From positions 5,456,001 through 5,520,000 of the forward strand of contig NC_073414.1 in assembly GCF_028641065.1 (NCBI RefSeq): 64,000 bases of DNA, given 5' to 3'. Below the pieces are notes generated by a model, which ran no database searches, had not been told where the DNA came from, and saw only the letters and a list, made by a program, of their open reading frames with translations. Each line of letters opens with the position of its first letter. Position 1 is the first letter of the stretch. Origin of the DNA: Leucoraja erinacea. Lineage: Eukaryota. Both the position numbers and the translations under genes were made by a program. Positions 62,016-64,000 of the stretch are shown here, in pieces.

Positions 62016-63335
62016 AGGTTCTACTGCAGTTGTACAGGGTCTTGGTGAGACCACACCTGGAGTATTGCGTACAGTTTTTGTCTCCTGATCTGAGGAAAGA
62101 CATTCTTGCCATAGAGGGAGTCCAGAGAATGTTCACCAGACTGATTCCTGGGAAGAGATGGAAAGTCTGGATTGGGGTACTCGCTAGAATTTAGAGATGA
62201 GGGGGGATCTTATAGAAACTTACAAAATTCTTAAGGGGTTGGACAGGCTAGATGCAGGAAGATTGTTCCCGATGTTGGGGAAGTCCAGAACAAGGGGACA
62301 CAGTTTAAGGAAAAGGGGGAAATCTTTTAGGACCGAGAGGAGAAAATAATTTTTTACACAGTGAGTGGTTAATCTGTGGAATTCTCTGCCACAGAAGGTA
62401 GTTGAGGTCAGTTCATTGGCTATATTTAAGAGGGAGTTAGACGTGGCCCTTGTGGCTAGGGGGATCAGGGGGTATGGAGAGAAGGCTGGTATGGGATATT
62501 GATTTGGATGATCAGCCATGATCATATTGAATGGCGGTGCAGGCTCGAAGGGCTGAATGGCCTACTCCTGCACCTATTGTCTATGTTACTGTGAAAAGAT
62601 TTCCATAAGGTAGACAAAAGTGCTGAAGAAACTCAGCGGATGCAGCAGCATCTCAGGAGCGAAGGAAATAGGCAACGTTTCGGGCCAAAACCCTTCTTCA
62701 AGAAGCCCGAAACGTTGCCTATTTCCTTCGCTCCATAGATGCTGCCTCACCTGCTGAGTTTCACCAGCATTTTTGTCTACTTTCGATTTTCCAGCATCTG
62801 CAGTTCCTTCTTAAATGGCTTTCCATAAGCTGTGTTTAAACTGTACAACTCCTCCCCTTTCTGTCGTGGGGTAAACACGCGCGCCCCCCTCCCCCCCCCC
62901 CTTCCAACTAACCCCATTGATTCCCCCTTGCCTTGTGCCAACCTCACACTATCCTCTGCTCCAGTGGTCCCTCGGGGCTGAGGATGTTGCATCCACTTAG
63001 GTTTAGTAGGTGGTGTATGAGATGGTGAGCTCATTATGCCTTGTCTTGATCCTAAACATCACCTATCGCTTTTCTCCAGAGATGCTGCCTGACCTGCTGA
63101 GTTACTCCAGCATTTTGTGTCTATCTTTGGTAGAAACTCGCATCTGCAAGTCTTTGTTTCTACAATTAAACAGTGCAGCTGATTAATTTTTTTCTGTTGT
63201 CAAGAGGATACCTTTTCACCTGGTTAACTTTTACTTTGGAGAAGTTGTAACAGCATCACTAAACGCATTGTTGCGACGTATTGACCGTGTGTGGCAATGT
63301 TGACACCTGCCTGTGCTAATATGTTTTAATCACAG

Positions 63336-63449
63336 GAGATACAACAGTTCTGGCTGCTGTATACGGACCCGCCGAGGTGAAAGTGAGCAAAGAGATCTTC
63401 GACAAAGCCACACTGGATGTCCTACTCAAGCCAAAAGTCGGGTTACCAA
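63336..63449 (+). CDS. EXOSC5: Exosome component RRP46, exon 2 (gene continues past the window)
   Basis: [38 protein letters not shown], 114 nt, AG/GT; absent from the ORF track. Confidence 0.93.
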
Positions 63450-64000
63450 GTAAGTCCCGAGAGACCATGTTGAGGGAAACATCCAATTAGCTCCCTGGGC
63501 AAGAATGAAGACTGACATGTGGGACTGTTTTAGGTGGGCTGTAGATTGGGATCTGGGTGGATTGCCGTTTGGTGGGAAATAGTTTGTACACAAACGCAAA
63601 AACTTTCTTTGAGAAGTCTCTGGCATAGAGCACTCTGACAGCTTGCTTCTTCATCCACTGTGGGTTTGTGTCATAGAACACAGAAACAGGCCCTTCAGTC
63701 CACCGTTCCCTGCAGACCACTGAGAATATTCCAATCCTTGTATTCCTATCAACTCTCCCCAGATTCTTCTACCCCCTCACCGACAGACTAGGGAAAATCT
63801 AGAGCGGCCAATTAACCTACTAACCCGTACATCTTCGGGATATGGAAGAGAACCAGAGCACTTGGCAGGAGGGAATTGTGGTCGCAAGGAGAGCATGCAA
63901 ACTCCACACAGACAACAGTACCTGAGGCTGGATCTGAGGAGTCTCAAGTATTCTGAGGCAGTGTTACTGTGCCACCCAAGTTAATAATACCACAGATCCT

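Overview
Vertebrate, repeat-rich genomic DNA, most likely an elasmobranch (HE1-type SINEs and CR1/HER1-type LINE ends; skate or ray is a guess). Exons were reconstructed by hand from splice sites and reading phase. (1) The last 7 coding exons of betaIV-spectrin (SPTBN4, +, 1-12415). (2) Three intact two-exon GPR139/GPR142-like orphan class A GPCR genes (+, 17637-38613); the ORF track misses their first exons, and two of them come from a recent ~8 kb tandem duplication. (3) Complete 9-exon BCKDHA (-, 43254-59910, 439 aa). (4) The first two exons of EXOSC5 (+, 60263-63449), head-to-head with BCKDHA across a 352-bp CpG-rich promoter. The rest is mostly 5'-truncated CR1, Rex1/Babar-like, L2 and Penelope-like retroelement fragments, HE1-like SINEs, PIF/Harbinger-type MITEs, a deleted Tc1 element, mini/microsatellites and two assembly gaps. 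Best leads: the duplicating orphan GPCR cluster, recurrent minimal hammerhead-ribozyme-like motifs in Penelope-derived fold-backs, and a CR1-derived minisatellite forming an array of decoy 5' splice sites beside a SPTBN4 exon. All homology calls are from recalled sequences; no searches were run.
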